From positions 352,001 through 416,000 of the forward strand of contig CAVOHZ010000010.1 of NCBI GenBank assembly GCA_963695855.1: 64,000 nucleotides of DNA, read 5' to 3'. The notes beneath the pieces were generated by a model that was not told where the DNA came from, ran no database searches, and saw nothing but the letters and a program-made list of their open reading frames with translations. The stretch comes from an uncultured Nitrososphaerales archaeon. GTDB taxonomy: Archaea; Thermoproteota; Nitrososphaeria; Nitrososphaerales; Nitrososphaeraceae. The translations under genes were made by a program, and so were the position numbers. This document shows, in pieces, positions 47,941-58,792 of the stretch (positions are counted from its first letter, which is position 1; each line of letters opens with the position of its first letter).

Positions 47941-48942
47941 ATGACTATATCTTCTACTACAGAAACGGAAATAATTCAAAGAATAGGTAATACGCCTTTG
48001 ATAGAGTTACCTAATTTTTCAGTAAAAGATGTAAGACTTTTTGCAAAATTAGAGTGGTACAATCCTTTTGGTTCTGTAAAAGATAGAGCGGCTTATTGGA
48101 TGATAAAGGATGCTGAAAAAAATGGAAAATTACGAAAAAAGAAGAGCATCATAATAGAACCATCATCAGGAAATACTGGAATCGCTTTAACTGGAATCGC
48201 TTCGTCAATGGGATATACGGTAGAAATTGTCATACCTGACAAAGTGAGCGACGAAACTAAAAAAATTTTAAGAAATTTAGGTGCAACAGTTCACGAAACA
48301 TCTGATGATTTGTGCCCTAGAGTAGGAGCAGGAACTGATCAAAGTATTGCCTTAGCAAGAGCTATATCAATTCCTAGACCTGATATTTACTATATGCCAA
48401 ATCAATACGAGAATGATGCAAATTATCTAGCGCATTATGAAAGTACCGGACCTGAGATATGGAAGCAAACAAATGGATCGGTAACACATTTTTTGACTGG
48501 ATGCGGTACTGGTGGAACCATTACTGGAACAGGAGTGTATTTAAAAGAGATGAATCCGAATATAAAAGTCATCGCTATTCAAGCACAAAAGAATCATTTG
48601 TTACAGGGCTTGAGAAATTTTGAAGAATCAGCAATGCCTGAACTTTTCAAAAAGCGAGAAAGTGTGGTAAATGAATGGTTTACTGCAACAAACGATGAAT
48701 CCTTTAACATGGTAAAAGAAGTGGCATATAAAGAAAAGCTTCTAGTTGGTCCATCTTCGGGATCCGTAATGGCTGCAATGATAAAACAAAGAAACAAGAC
48801 GGAAAAGGGAGTGATAGTAGGTATTTTTGCCGACGATGGAAGAAAGTTCAAAAGTTTGTATTTACAACAAAATATATTCTCAGAAGAAGAATATGATAGA
48901 AACCTAAAATATGCAGGTTATCTGCCAGATCTATATTATTAA
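47941..48942 (+). CDS. PLP-dependent cysteine synthase family (CysM/CysK-like)
   Basis: IGNTPL, KLEWYNPFGSVKDR, EPSSGNTG, NQYEN, GCGTGGT, GPSSG. Confidence 0.92.
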   Translation: MTISSTTETEIIQRIGNTPLIELPNFSVKDVRLFAKLEWYNPFGSVKDRAAYWMIKDAEKNGKLRKKKSIIIEPSSGNTGIALTGIASSMGYTVEIVIPDKVSDETKKILRNLGATVHETSDDLCPRVGAGTDQSIALARAISIPRPDIYYMPNQYENDANYLAHYESTGPEIWKQTNGSVTHFLTGCGTGGTITGTGVYLKEMNPNIKVIAIQAQKNHLLQGLRNFEESAMPELFKKRESVVNEWFTATNDESFNMVKEVAYKEKLLVGPSSGSVMAAMIKQRNKTEKGVIVGIFADDGRKFKSLYLQQNIFSEEEYDRNLKYAGYLPDLYY

Positions 48943-49019
48943 TAATTATTTAATCGTTATTTCCTCCAAATTTTTCATATACCATGGTACCGAAACTTTT
49001 CATTGTAAAATATATATTA

Positions 49020-50000
49020 CTATTTTTCATTTAACCATTTTTCGACATCCAAAGCAGCCATGCACCCGTAACCTGCTGCAGTAACTGCCTGTCTATAACG
49101 ATAATCATGGACATCGCCGGCAGCAAAGACACCTTCGACACTAGTTTTCGTATTTTCTTTCAACTCAATATACCCATGTTCATCCATGTCTACCTGACCT
49201 CTAAAAATTTTGGTGTTGGGTTCATGACCGATAGCAACGAACAAGCCACCAATATCTAGTTCAGTTTCTTCAGACGTTTTCAAATCTTGTATCAGTAGTT
49301 TTGATATTTTTTTTTCGCCTGTGATTTTTTTAACATTAGTATTCCAAATGAAGTCAATTTTAGGATTTTCAAACGCCTTTTCCTGAAGGATCTTACTTGC
49401 ACGAAGACTGTCCCTCCTATGAATGACTTTGACGGATTTACCGAATTTAGTCAAAAATGTCGCCTCTTCCAATGCCGTATCTCCTCCTCCCGCGACAACT
49501 ATATCCTCTCCTTTAAAAAATGGTCCATCACAGGTAGCACAATATGATATTCCTCTACCTGCAAATTTTTCTTCGCCATCTACACCTAGTTTTCTTGGCG
49601 TTGCACCTGTACAAATAAGAACAGATCTAGAAAGATATTGATTTGAATGGGTTTTGACCAAAAACGGTCTGTCTTGGAAATTGACTTCAATGGCTTCTTC
49701 ATCAATGATATTAGATCCAAACCTTTCAGCTTGTTGTCTCATATTCATCATCAATTCGGGACCAAAGATTCCATTTGGAAAACCCGGGTAATTTTCAACT
49801 TCGCTAGTAGTCATTAGTTGACCTCCTGGAAGTGAACCTGTAATAATCAAAGTATTAAGTTTAGCTCTCGATGTATAGGTAGCTGCAGTATATCCTGCTG
49901 GGCCAGACCCTATAATAATGACATCAAAGTAGTTTAGATTATTGCCAGAATGATCTTCGAAAGTCGTGTTATTGATATCATCATCCTCGTCTTTTTGCAT
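49020..50000 (-). CDS. trxB: Thioredoxin-disulfide reductase
   Basis: GSGPAG, VENYPG, SYCATCDG, GGGDTALEEA, HRRD, AAGDV. Confidence 0.97.
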   Translation of the reverse strand: MQKDEDDDINNTTFEDHSGNNLNYFDVIIIGSGPAGYTAATYTSRAKLNTLIITGSLPGGQLMTTSEVENYPGFPNGIFGPELMMNMRQQAERFGSNIIDEEAIEVNFQDRPFLVKTHSNQYLSRSVLICTGATPRKLGVDGEEKFAGRGISYCATCDGPFFKGEDIVVAGGGDTALEEATFLTKFGKSVKVIHRRDSLRASKILQEKAFENPKIDFIWNTNVKKITGEKKISKLLIQDLKTSEETELDIGGLFVAIGHEPNTKIFRGQVDMDEHGYIELKENTKTSVEGVFAAGDVHDYRYRQAVTAAGYGCMAALDVEKWLNEK

Positions 50001-50142
50001 TGTTATTATTAAGAAAATAGACTGATTAATAATTTGTTCGCGTAGAATAAAAAAATACGCTAAATTCTATTATAATCAACAATGAAAATAAAAATTGAAA
50101 AAAAATTGATTGATAAAATCTCCTTAAATCGATTATTTTTGT

Positions 50143-51006
50143 CTAGATTTTATAATCTCTTAAGATATATGTGTGTTTTTTACAGAAAGTTTTGCTTTTG
50201 CTCAATCTCATTAGATCTTCTTGCCAATGAGAATTAAAAAGCCTACAATTAGTATCTTCACAAAAAGCCTCACCATCTTTGAAAAAATAAATGGATTGTA
50301 TCACTAGGTTTTCGATTATTTCATTTATCATCCAATCGTTATATTCGATAAATCTTCCTTTATATTGCTCGTCAAGTTTTTTAGCTACTTCAGGATCTGG
50401 AGAAAATTGTACCAACTTTAAGTAGTAGTCCTTAGGTTTGGCGGGCCCTTCTAATATTCCTGATGTGGATATAATTGTTGGATTTCCTAATATAATATAC
50501 CTTGCATGATATCTCCAATCCGTTTCTTCAAAAGTACATATCAACTTATCAGTTATAACGATAAACAAATTTGAAAGATCCAATTCCAAGCTTTTATTAT
50601 TGAGAATTTCTTGATAGATTTTTTGTAAAATAAAACCATCATACATCAGTGGTTCTTTGCTATCATTTTTAAAATTTTCCTTGTCAATTTCAATACTATT
50701 GGGTTGACCAATCCCTAGATCTTTTTTATGGTGACTCGTTTTCAGTTTGTTGTTATCGACATTTAATATATTGTATATATTCAATTCATTTTTCAAATTT
50801 TGAATAATCGATTGGTTTTCAATATTGTTTATTTCATCTTGTATAAGTATTCGAAGAGGTATTAAAAAAAAATCATCTTTAAATTTTAGTTTTTCAAAGG
50901 ATATACTTGAAAATATTTTCTTTAAAGAAAGCAGAATTTCATCAATATTTATTTTTGTCCACTTCGATTCGTTATGAATGAAAATATGAGTATAGAAATC
51001 ATTCAT
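50143..51006 (-). CDS. DUF6775-like putative metallopeptidase
   Basis: YDGF, DWRYHAR, ISTSGILEGPAKPKDYY, FCEDTNCRLFNSHWQEDL...FCKKH. Confidence 0.7.
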   Translation of the reverse strand: MNDFYTHIFIHNESKWTKINIDEILLSLKKIFSSISFEKLKFKDDFFLIPLRILIQDEINNIENQSIIQNLKNELNIYNILNVDNNKLKTSHHKKDLGIGQPNSIEIDKENFKNDSKEPLMYDGFILQKIYQEILNNKSLELDLSNLFIVITDKLICTFEETDWRYHARYIILGNPTIISTSGILEGPAKPKDYYLKLVQFSPDPEVAKKLDEQYKGRFIEYNDWMINEIIENLVIQSIYFFKDGEAFCEDTNCRLFNSHWQEDLMRLSKSKTFCKKHTYILRDYKI

Positions 51007-51055
51007 TCTTTACAATAACTTTTAAAAAAGGTAATAAAAAATGGTTCTCAGGGAC

Positions 51056-51865
51056 CTAATTCTGGATTTGAGGTAATTCTTTTAATTTGTTTGCTGCAAT
51101 TTCTGCTGCCTTTTTACCTGACAGTAACATGGATCCAAAGGTTGGGCCCATTCTTGGCAATCCGTGTGTTTCAGTTACAGACATGCCCGTTGCAATCAAT
51201 CCAGGAAAAACTTCCCCAGTATAATTCACAACTGCATCTTCGCTTGTATCTACCCACATTGGATCCATTCCTTTCCACTTTACATAACCTCGTTCCATTA
51301 ATCTTTTTACTGCAACCGAATCATGACCAGAAGCGTCAATGACTATCTTACTCTCAAATGCTATGGGATCGACACAGGTAATATTTCTTGGTAAGGCAGA
51401 TACTGGCATCCAATTAACTACTACACCGCCTACCCGTTTATTCTTTATAATCAGATCATCAAATTTTGTCAACTGTAAAAATCTAACTCCTGCGTCACAT
51501 GTAGCTGCTATTAATTTAGAACATGCATGGGGTCCCCATGTCGCATACAATCCTTCTCTTATAGTTCTATATGGTACTCCTAGTTCATCCCATATCTTCT
51601 GAGCAGGTGCTCGTACTGTAACAGGATTCATCATATATCCACCTACCCAGTATCCCCCCCCGATGTAGTTATTTTGTTCAATGATTAGTGTTTTAATTCC
51701 GAGTCTTCCAAGTTCTCTTCCTGCCGACAAACCAGCAGGTCCTGCTCCAATAATAATTACTTCAGAGTCGGTATACTCGTTCATAGTCTCCATAAACATT
51801 CCAGCAATTGATCTGCTAATTTCTTTCTCGCTGACGTCAGCAAAAATTTTTGGCATAAAATACAT
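51056..51865 (-). CDS. thi4: Thi4 thiazole synthase (Cys-containing type)
   Basis: IGAGPAGL, GGGYWVGG, ITCVDP, DASGHD, PRMGPTFGSMLLSG. Confidence 0.95.
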   Translation of the reverse strand: MYFMPKIFADVSEKEISRSIAGMFMETMNEYTDSEVIIIGAGPAGLSAGRELGRLGIKTLIIEQNNYIGGGYWVGGYMMNPVTVRAPAQKIWDELGVPYRTIREGLYATWGPHACSKLIAATCDAGVRFLQLTKFDDLIIKNKRVGGVVVNWMPVSALPRNITCVDPIAFESKIVIDASGHDSVAVKRLMERGYVKWKGMDPMWVDTSEDAVVNYTGEVFPGLIATGMSVTETHGLPRMGPTFGSMLLSGKKAAEIAANKLKELPQIQN

Positions 51866-52028
51866 CCATAAATAGATTATATATTATTAATGCACAATAT
51901 GAAATTATTTTATCACAAATTAATATGAAACAAAATAAACAGAATCATAAATATAATAAAGAATAATCATTATTGTTTACCTGTTTTCTAGCCTCTTGGG
52001 TATTGAAACTATATAATCTTTAAGAGGG

Positions 52029-53318
52029 TTAGTTAGTACTGTTCAACATATCATCAGAAACATGATGTCCACGGATTTTACTATCAATCTCGTTTATCAT
52101 AGATATGAAATCAGTTTTGTGCGAATTGAGATATTCTTGTCCTTTGTCCTTTAATCGATTTTGGTAAAGTCTGAGATCACGATGTTCATTAAAGAATTTT
52201 TCGATCATCAAACTTCCATGAACTGTTGGATTGATTAGCTGATCGAAATACTCCATAGTAAGATGAACATCCCCATTTTCAACCGAATTTCTTACCCTAT
52301 TTAGTAACTCGGAAATATCTTTTAGTTGTTGCATTGGAGGAGTTATTTCTCTCGATTTACCCATAAAACCGGATCTTTTTACTGTACCTACTTTTGTGGC
52401 AAGTTCCTTTGCCACTTCATAATATTCTTCTTTGCTGAAGAGATTTTTCTTTACCTTTCTGATTACCAACCCCTTCATAGTTAATTTTAGTAGAGCATCA
52501 TCCACTTCGACTTTGTCCATACCCGTTATCCACACTATCTTTCCAGAATAATCATAACCAAGGCGAATTGCTTCTAGGACCACAACCTCAACAATTCTTC
52601 TAAATCCTTCCTCAGCTTTTGCATTTTCAAAATCTTTATCCCGTACCGCTCTTTTTGAATAGGATATATCTATCTCTATAGAGCGTTTTAAAGCCTCAAT
52701 ACCATCATCTACTCTTCCATCTAATACAAGAAAACAAGCGAGATTATACCATGACATACCATCGTTATGATTGATATCTAACGCTTTTTCACAGCATTCA
52801 ACAGCTTTTTGTAGATTATCCATTCGATAATATGCTAGACCTTTCAGATTCCATGTTTCTGAATTATTTATATCCAAATCAAGGGCTTTATCATAACAGG
52901 AAATAGCAACTGTAAATTCATTCATATGAAAATGAGAATATCCTTTTTTCATCCATGCATTTGCAAATTCTGGATCTATTCTTATTGCCAATTCAAAGCA
53001 TCTGATAGCATCAACTAGCTTTTCATTCGACATATGATTAATTCCTGTGTTATAAAGGTCAAATTTCTGAATATCTACAACATTATTGATAGGTTTATGA
53101 ATAGGACTTTCAGAATCTTCTTTCCCAGATTCGGCACTCCTTTTTATTGTATTTTCTAAAGTTTTACCCTCTTGATTATCAGTATTTAGATCATGATCAT
53201 TGATAGCAGTATCTTCATTACTGATACTTTTTTCTAGTTTGGAAGGTGCTTCTCCTAGGTTAATTTTTTTTAAAATTCTCCTTCCTAAAAATCTATTCAT
53301 ATATACATATTTGATCAC
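52029..53318 (-). CDS. TPR-repeat protein with winged-helix-like C-terminal region
   Basis: ~4 TPRs (AWMKKG, TWNLKG, SWYNLAC), then VVLEAIRLG...IVWITGMDKVEVDDALLKLTMKGLV. Confidence 0.85.
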   Translation of the reverse strand: MIKYVYMNRFLGRRILKKINLGEAPSKLEKSISNEDTAINDHDLNTDNQEGKTLENTIKRSAESGKEDSESPIHKPINNVVDIQKFDLYNTGINHMSNEKLVDAIRCFELAIRIDPEFANAWMKKGYSHFHMNEFTVAISCYDKALDLDINNSETWNLKGLAYYRMDNLQKAVECCEKALDINHNDGMSWYNLACFLVLDGRVDDGIEALKRSIEIDISYSKRAVRDKDFENAKAEEGFRRIVEVVVLEAIRLGYDYSGKIVWITGMDKVEVDDALLKLTMKGLVIRKVKKNLFSKEEYYEVAKELATKVGTVKRSGFMGKSREITPPMQQLKDISELLNRVRNSVENGDVHLTMEYFDQLINPTVHGSLMIEKFFNEHRDLRLYQNRLKDKGQEYLNSHKTDFISMINEIDSKIRGHHVSDDMLNSTN

Positions 53319-53432
53319 TGACGAAGATAAATAGATTATGATTAAATTAATATGGTGTCCAAAATATAGAATTTGATAAAGGAATAAAATAGAAAAGATA
53401 TTGAATTAAAAACCGAAAAAAATTATTATCTC

Positions 53433-53900
53433 GTGCAATTAATATATTTCCAAGTGTCAGATTATTATGAAATTCTTGGGTTAGGTAAGGATGCAACTCA
53501 AAACGAGATTAAAAAAGCTTTCAGAAATTTAGCGTTAAAATATCATCCAGACAAGAACAAGAATTCAGAAGACTCAAAGCATAAGTTTATGCAACTAATT
53601 GAAGCGTACGAAGTACTGTCTGACCAAAATTCGAAGGAAAAATATGATTATTCATTATTTAATAAGAGATTCATGAACAAAAATGAATATGCTTATAAAT
53701 CAGGATTCAACTGGGTTCCGTCAGCAGATTTTGAGCATTTCTATAGTTACGAGAATCTCAAAAGACGATATAAGCAGGAGAATTTTAGAGGAGGTATGTG
53801 GGATATTAATGAGAATGTCAATATGGGTTTGTGGAAGGCGACAATGATCTTATTTGGTGCGCTTGGTTTGTTAGCAATCTTCATAATATTAATAAATTAA
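53433..53900 (+). CDS. J-domain protein with C-terminal membrane anchor
   Basis: [24 protein letters not shown]; hydrophobic C-terminus. Confidence 0.92.
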   Translation: MQLIYFQVSDYYEILGLGKDATQNEIKKAFRNLALKYHPDKNKNSEDSKHKFMQLIEAYEVLSDQNSKEKYDYSLFNKRFMNKNEYAYKSGFNWVPSADFEHFYSYENLKRRYKQENFRGGMWDINENVNMGLWKATMILFGALGLLAIFIILIN

Positions 53901-54377
53901 GATTATCAAGTTGAAAAACTGCTTCCTTCTAGATAATATTAGAAATTAAAAAATTAAATATTCTAACCCAAAGGATAAATGTTCAAAAAAATAGGGATGC
54001 AAATTGCGTTGATCTTTCTGCATTACTGGTTAGACTTGCACAGCAATAAATAAGATTATTTGTAATTAACCATATTGTACATTTAAATTTCATATCCAAA
54101 AATTAGATTTATTAATATTGAAATAATAAAATTCAAAAATATTTCTCGTGTAATTGTTTTCCAAACTTACTCTATATATTCATAAATATTAAAACAACTA
54201 TCAAAATCATCATAATCTTTCTTATTTACAATATATGGAAAATTAAGAAAATAAATAAGTATAGCAGAAAAAGATTAAAGTGGATAACGAACGAAAAAGG
54301 TTTTTTATACAATTTTATATAAAATATAAAAAAATATAAAAATATAAAATTATATTTTAACTGGAAAATAGTATCAT

Positions 54378-55724
54378 ATGGAGATGAAATCTGTTTTGAC
54401 CATTGCGGGAAGTGATCCTATTTCAGGTGCAGGTATACAGGCAGACCTAAAGACCTTTTCTACACTCGGAGTTTATGGATTTACTGCAATAACAGCAATA
54501 ACCGTCCAAAATACAAAAACTATTTCAAGAATTTTTCCTTTACCTTCTTATCTGATAGCAGAGCAGATAAAATCAATAATTAGCGATTCAAAACCAAACG
54601 CAATAAAGGTGGGGATGGTATATAATCGATCAATCATTTTTCAATTGCAAAAAATTCTAAAAGATATTACAGATATTCCGATTATAGTAGACCCCATTTT
54701 GATTTCTTCTACAAATACAAGATTGTTGATGAAAGAAGCATTGAATGATTTTGTAAAAAAATTGTTACCAATTTCAAATATTATCACACCAAATATTGCA
54801 GAAGCAGAAGAGATAACCAAGATAAGAATACGAAAAGAACAGAATCTAATTGAAGCACTGAAAATGATAAAGGAAATGGGTGCGAAGAATGTAGTAATAA
54901 AAAGTGCTCAACTAAAAAATGACAAGGTTATAGATATATTAATTGATAATGACAATATAATTTATAAATTTTCTAATCCAAAAAAACAAATACCCGAAAA
55001 TCATGGTTCTGGATGTAATTTTTCAGCAGCCCTCTCTGCGTTTACTGCAAAGGGTTATAGAGTCGATAAGGCATGTAAATTGGCAAACAAGTTTATCCAG
55101 CAAGTTTTTGAAAAAAGCATTCTAGTAATTGGTAAAGGATTGCCTGTTGCAGACGCTGGTTTTGCCAACTATTATGATTCAATGAAATATAACGTTTTAG
55201 TAGAATTATCCAAGGCAGTGCGGGATTTCGAGAATATTAAGAACGTAGGTGTATTGATCCCTGAAACGCAGACTAACTTTGTTTACGCATTACCTGATGC
55301 TGAGAACATAGGAGATGTGGCAGGAGTCAAGGGTAGAATAGTGAAAATAGACTCTGCAGCTAAGGCTTCGTCTTGTGTAGAATTCGGTACTTCAAGACAT
55401 GTTGCGACTGCAGTCCTAACATATATGCAGATAGACAAATCAATTAGATCTGCAATCAATTTAAGATTTAATGAAAAAATTATAGATATAGGTAAATCTT
55501 TTTTAAAAATTGTCCAATATGATAGAACTAAAGAACCGATAGAGATTAAAAGAAAAGAAGGATCTTCAATCCGATGGGGAATACAGTCCTGCTTATTACA
55601 AGAAAAAGATGCAAGGATGATATTTCATCAAGGGGATATTGGAAAAGAGCCCATGATAATTTTATTTGCAGATAACCCAAAGAAGATTATAAAATATATA
55701 AAAAAAATAATTAATGAATACTAA
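54378..55724 (+). CDS. thiDN: Bifunctional HMP/HMP-P kinase + thiamine-phosphate synthase ThiN
   Basis: IAGSDPISGAGIQADLKT, TVQNT, TPNIAEA, HGSGC; C-terminal LIPETQTN, GVKGRI, FGTSRHVA, GKEPM. Confidence 0.93.
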   Translation: MEMKSVLTIAGSDPISGAGIQADLKTFSTLGVYGFTAITAITVQNTKTISRIFPLPSYLIAEQIKSIISDSKPNAIKVGMVYNRSIIFQLQKILKDITDIPIIVDPILISSTNTRLLMKEALNDFVKKLLPISNIITPNIAEAEEITKIRIRKEQNLIEALKMIKEMGAKNVVIKSAQLKNDKVIDILIDNDNIIYKFSNPKKQIPENHGSGCNFSAALSAFTAKGYRVDKACKLANKFIQQVFEKSILVIGKGLPVADAGFANYYDSMKYNVLVELSKAVRDFENIKNVGVLIPETQTNFVYALPDAENIGDVAGVKGRIVKIDSAAKASSCVEFGTSRHVATAVLTYMQIDKSIRSAINLRFNEKIIDIGKSFLKIVQYDRTKEPIEIKRKEGSSIRWGIQSCLLQEKDARMIFHQGDIGKEPMIILFADNPKKIIKYIKKIINEY

Positions 55725-55963
55725 TAATCATTGATTGCAATTAAAGCTTCAGACAGAAATAGATCACATTTTTTAAAAATTATTATATTTTTGAGATAGG
55801 AACTGATTTTATATCTTTAATTATCTCTTTTACGATTTATCATTCATTCATAATAAATTGTATTAAATGTTCCGCTGCTCTCTTTTGTTTTAATTCTCTC
55901 TTCTCTTATTGAAATAATATGTTAAAAGTATATTAATTTAGTATTTACTAAAGTTACTAAAAA

Positions 55964-56671
55964 ATGCAGGCCGTAATACTTGCTGGTGGCCTTGGCACCA
56001 GATTGCAACCCTATACCTTCTTTATTCCTAAGCCAATGTTACCACTAGGAAATAAACCATTATTAGAACATCTCGTAGAATGGGTTGCAAGTACCAAAAT
56101 TATTGATGAAATAATTATCTGTGTTAGTTATTTACATAGAACTATTGAGGATTATTTTGAAGACGGTGGAAGGTTGGGAATAAGAATTTCATATGCACGT
56201 TCTGAAAGGCCTCTAGCAACAGCTGGTCAGTTAAAGACAACTGAAAAATTACTTAAGGGTAGGTTTGTTTGTTTATACGGAGATTCTATTTATGACTTTA
56301 ATTTAGAACAAATGATAAACGAACATGAACGGTCCAAGGCCTTTCTTTCGATGGCCTTAATGCAATATAAAACTAGGTTGAAATATGGATTTATTGAAGT
56401 ACAAAAAAAAAATAAAATAGTTACAGGATGGAGAGAGAAACCAGAAGTAGAAGGATTGATAAACATTGGATGTTATGTCATGGAAAAGGAATTTCTAAGT
56501 TTTATTCCAAAATCAAGTACCATTGGAATGGACAAAATTGTTCAAAAAATAATAAGAAAAAATAAATGTATAAAGGCCTTTACTATAGACTCTGGATTTA
56601 TTGATATTGGGGATAAAAGATCATATTTAGAAACTTACAAAGAGTTTACAAAGAAATTAGGAAAGATATAA
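55964..56671 (+). CDS. Sugar-1-phosphate nucleotidyltransferase family
   Basis: ILAGGLGTRLQPYT..PKPMLP, LATAGQL, YGD, FIDIG. Confidence 0.9.
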   Translation: MQAVILAGGLGTRLQPYTFFIPKPMLPLGNKPLLEHLVEWVASTKIIDEIIICVSYLHRTIEDYFEDGGRLGIRISYARSERPLATAGQLKTTEKLLKGRFVCLYGDSIYDFNLEQMINEHERSKAFLSMALMQYKTRLKYGFIEVQKKNKIVTGWREKPEVEGLINIGCYVMEKEFLSFIPKSSTIGMDKIVQKIIRKNKCIKAFTIDSGFIDIGDKRSYLETYKEFTKKLGKI

Positions 56672-56847
56672 TGCTAAATTTACAGCAATCAAAATTTGTC
56701 CTAACATTTTTTTTATTTTATGGAGGTAATTTGCTAATAATCCCATTTTGTTTCTATTTTAATAAAAACAAACATGAAAGTGCAAAAAGAATTATTAATA
56801 TACAACCAAGATGTTATATTTTTTACAAATAAAGAAGGGGAATTGAC

Positions 56848-57204
56848 TTGTTCAAAGAAAATGATAGCCATTTTGATAAGTCTGGCTCAGATATTAGCCC
56901 ACAATATTACGTAAGAAAAATGCGTTATCAAGGATCATTAATGATAAATATTTGTGATGAAAATTTGTTGGGAAAGACAATTAAAGATGAATCGGTAAAT
57001 ATTGAGATTACAAGAGATTTTTTTAATGAATTAATGAGTGAAGAAGACATTCAATATTTACTTAAAAGATGTTCCATAGCGAATTTAATTGGCGAGAACG
57101 TAATTAAAAAGACATTAAAGTTAGGATTAGCAAAGAAAGATAGTGTCAAGGTTATTTCAGATATACCTTTTTTAATGATTTACACATTTCAGGGAAACTA
57201 CTAG
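56848..57204 (+). CDS. DUF424 family protein
   Basis: INICDENLLGK, FF, SIANLIGENVI, GL...V..I..IP. Confidence 0.85.
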   Translation: MFKENDSHFDKSGSDISPQYYVRKMRYQGSLMINICDENLLGKTIKDESVNIEITRDFFNELMSEEDIQYLLKRCSIANLIGENVIKKTLKLGLAKKDSVKVISDIPFLMIYTFQGNY

Positions 57205-57317
57205 ATAAAATTATATATCCTGAAAAAAAATTTAATAAAAATCACATATTTTTAATACATCCAAATAAATGAATATTTTATAAGTAATATTTTATTAATT
57301 TATCTAGGGGAAAAATA

Positions 57318-57875
57318 GTGAGTTATCAAAGAAGTATCAGAATTCAGAAGGATAGAATTGGAGCCATAATTGGCAAGAAAGGATCTACAAAACAAGAAAT
57401 TCAAAAAAAGTTTAACGTAGAAATAGAAATAGATGGCGATTATGGTGATATTACCCTAAAATCCAAAGGAGACGATTTAAACGTTCTAGACATAAACAAG
57501 GCAATGGAAATAATTACTGCTATATCAAAGGGTTTTTCTCCAGAAAGGGCATTCAATCTATTTAATGAAGACAACATACTTGAGGTTATTGATCTCAGAA
57601 ACTTTGTGGGAAGATCAGAAAATGGCTTATCTAGAATAAAAAGTAGATTAATAGGAGAGAAAGGAAAATCGAGAAGAACCATAGAAGAGTTGTCGGAAGC
57701 ATATATTTCAATTTATGGTCATACAATTAGTTTGATAGGAACCTCCGAACAAATAAGACTTGCCTCAGAGGCTATAAACATGATATGTTCTGGAAGATCT
57801 CACAAAATAGTCTATAATTTCCTTCAGGAAACAAGGAGAAAGGCAAAGATCGAAAGGATGAAACTATGGGAGTAA
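57318..57875 (+). CDS. KH-domain rRNA-processing protein (Pno1/Dim2/Krr1)
   Basis: RIGAIIGKKG, AISKGFSPERA, RLIGEKGKSRRTIEELS, GRSHKIVY. Confidence 0.92.
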   Translation: MSYQRSIRIQKDRIGAIIGKKGSTKQEIQKKFNVEIEIDGDYGDITLKSKGDDLNVLDINKAMEIITAISKGFSPERAFNLFNEDNILEVIDLRNFVGRSENGLSRIKSRLIGEKGKSRRTIEELSEAYISIYGHTISLIGTSEQIRLASEAINMICSGRSHKIVYNFLQETRRKAKIERMKLWE

Positions 57876-58111
57876 AAGTTTATGTAAAACTGTATCAGTT
57901 TCAAGGTAAACATAAATTAGAGTTTTGAAAATTGAAAGGGCTATAGGTGTATAATTAACCAAGTACACAGATAGACGAATATACAATCTGAAACGCATAT
58001 TTTACATGATACATGAATTCATAAATATTCAATATATGAAAAAATTATTAACCGTCTTGTATTGTTTATTTGCCTCATTATATGGAAACATTTAAAACGT
58101 TAAAATTATAA

Positions 58112-58690
58112 CTACACAATTTCACTATTTGATTTTTTGTTGCCCCATCTTTTGAACAAATTATGTTCGATGTTAAATTGATCCAACACTTTTCCTACTA
58201 TATGAAAAATGATATCGTCCAATGAAGAAGGTTTGAAGTAGAATCCTGGCATCGCTGGCAAGACAGTAACACCCAATGCTGAAAGTTTGACCATGTTTTC
58301 CAGGTGAATTTTTGAAAGAGGGGTTTCTCTTGGCACTATAATCAATTTTCTATTTTCTTTGATACAAACATTTGCAGCTCTGGAAATCAAAGTATCATCA
58401 AATCCATTTGAAATGCTTGCAAGGGTTTTCATGCTGCAAGGAATTATTACCATTCCATCAGTTCTAAAAGAACCGCTTGAGATTGGAGCGGCCATATTTT
58501 TATTATCATAACAATAAGTAGCTAGGGTTTTTACCTTGCTAGGATCTGTCTCAGTCTCTATCTTAATGGTATTTGCACCCCATTCACTTAATATCAGGTG
58601 TGTTTCAATGTCAAGTAAACGTAAAGATTCCATTGTCTTGATTCCATAAATTACTCCCGAGCTACCTGTGATCCCGACTATTATCCTCAT
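58112..58690 (-). CDS. ubiX: Flavin prenyltransferase
   Basis: GITGSSG, ISSGSF, PCSMKTLA, VPRETPL, PAMPGFY. Confidence 0.95.
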   Translation of the reverse strand: MRIIVGITGSSGVIYGIKTMESLRLLDIETHLILSEWGANTIKIETETDPSKVKTLATYCYDNKNMAAPISSGSFRTDGMVIIPCSMKTLASISNGFDDTLISRAANVCIKENRKLIIVPRETPLSKIHLENMVKLSALGVTVLPAMPGFYFKPSSLDDIIFHIVGKVLDQFNIEHNLFKRWGNKKSNSEIV

Positions 58691-58792
58691 TATAACTTGA
58701 AAGTTAGAAGACCTATGATATGTACCTATCTTAGTTGCATAGAAGAATTAATTTTTATAATCCCCATATACCAAGATAAATCTATAATAAGG

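Noticed and set aside
54300-54360. TATAAAA-like repeats upstream of thiDN
   Set aside because: Low-complexity AT sequence expected in this genome
51866-54377. TPP riboswitch upstream of thi4 or thiDN
   Set aside because: Leaders are extremely AT-rich with no GCTGAGA/CCTGA-GCGTAGG core
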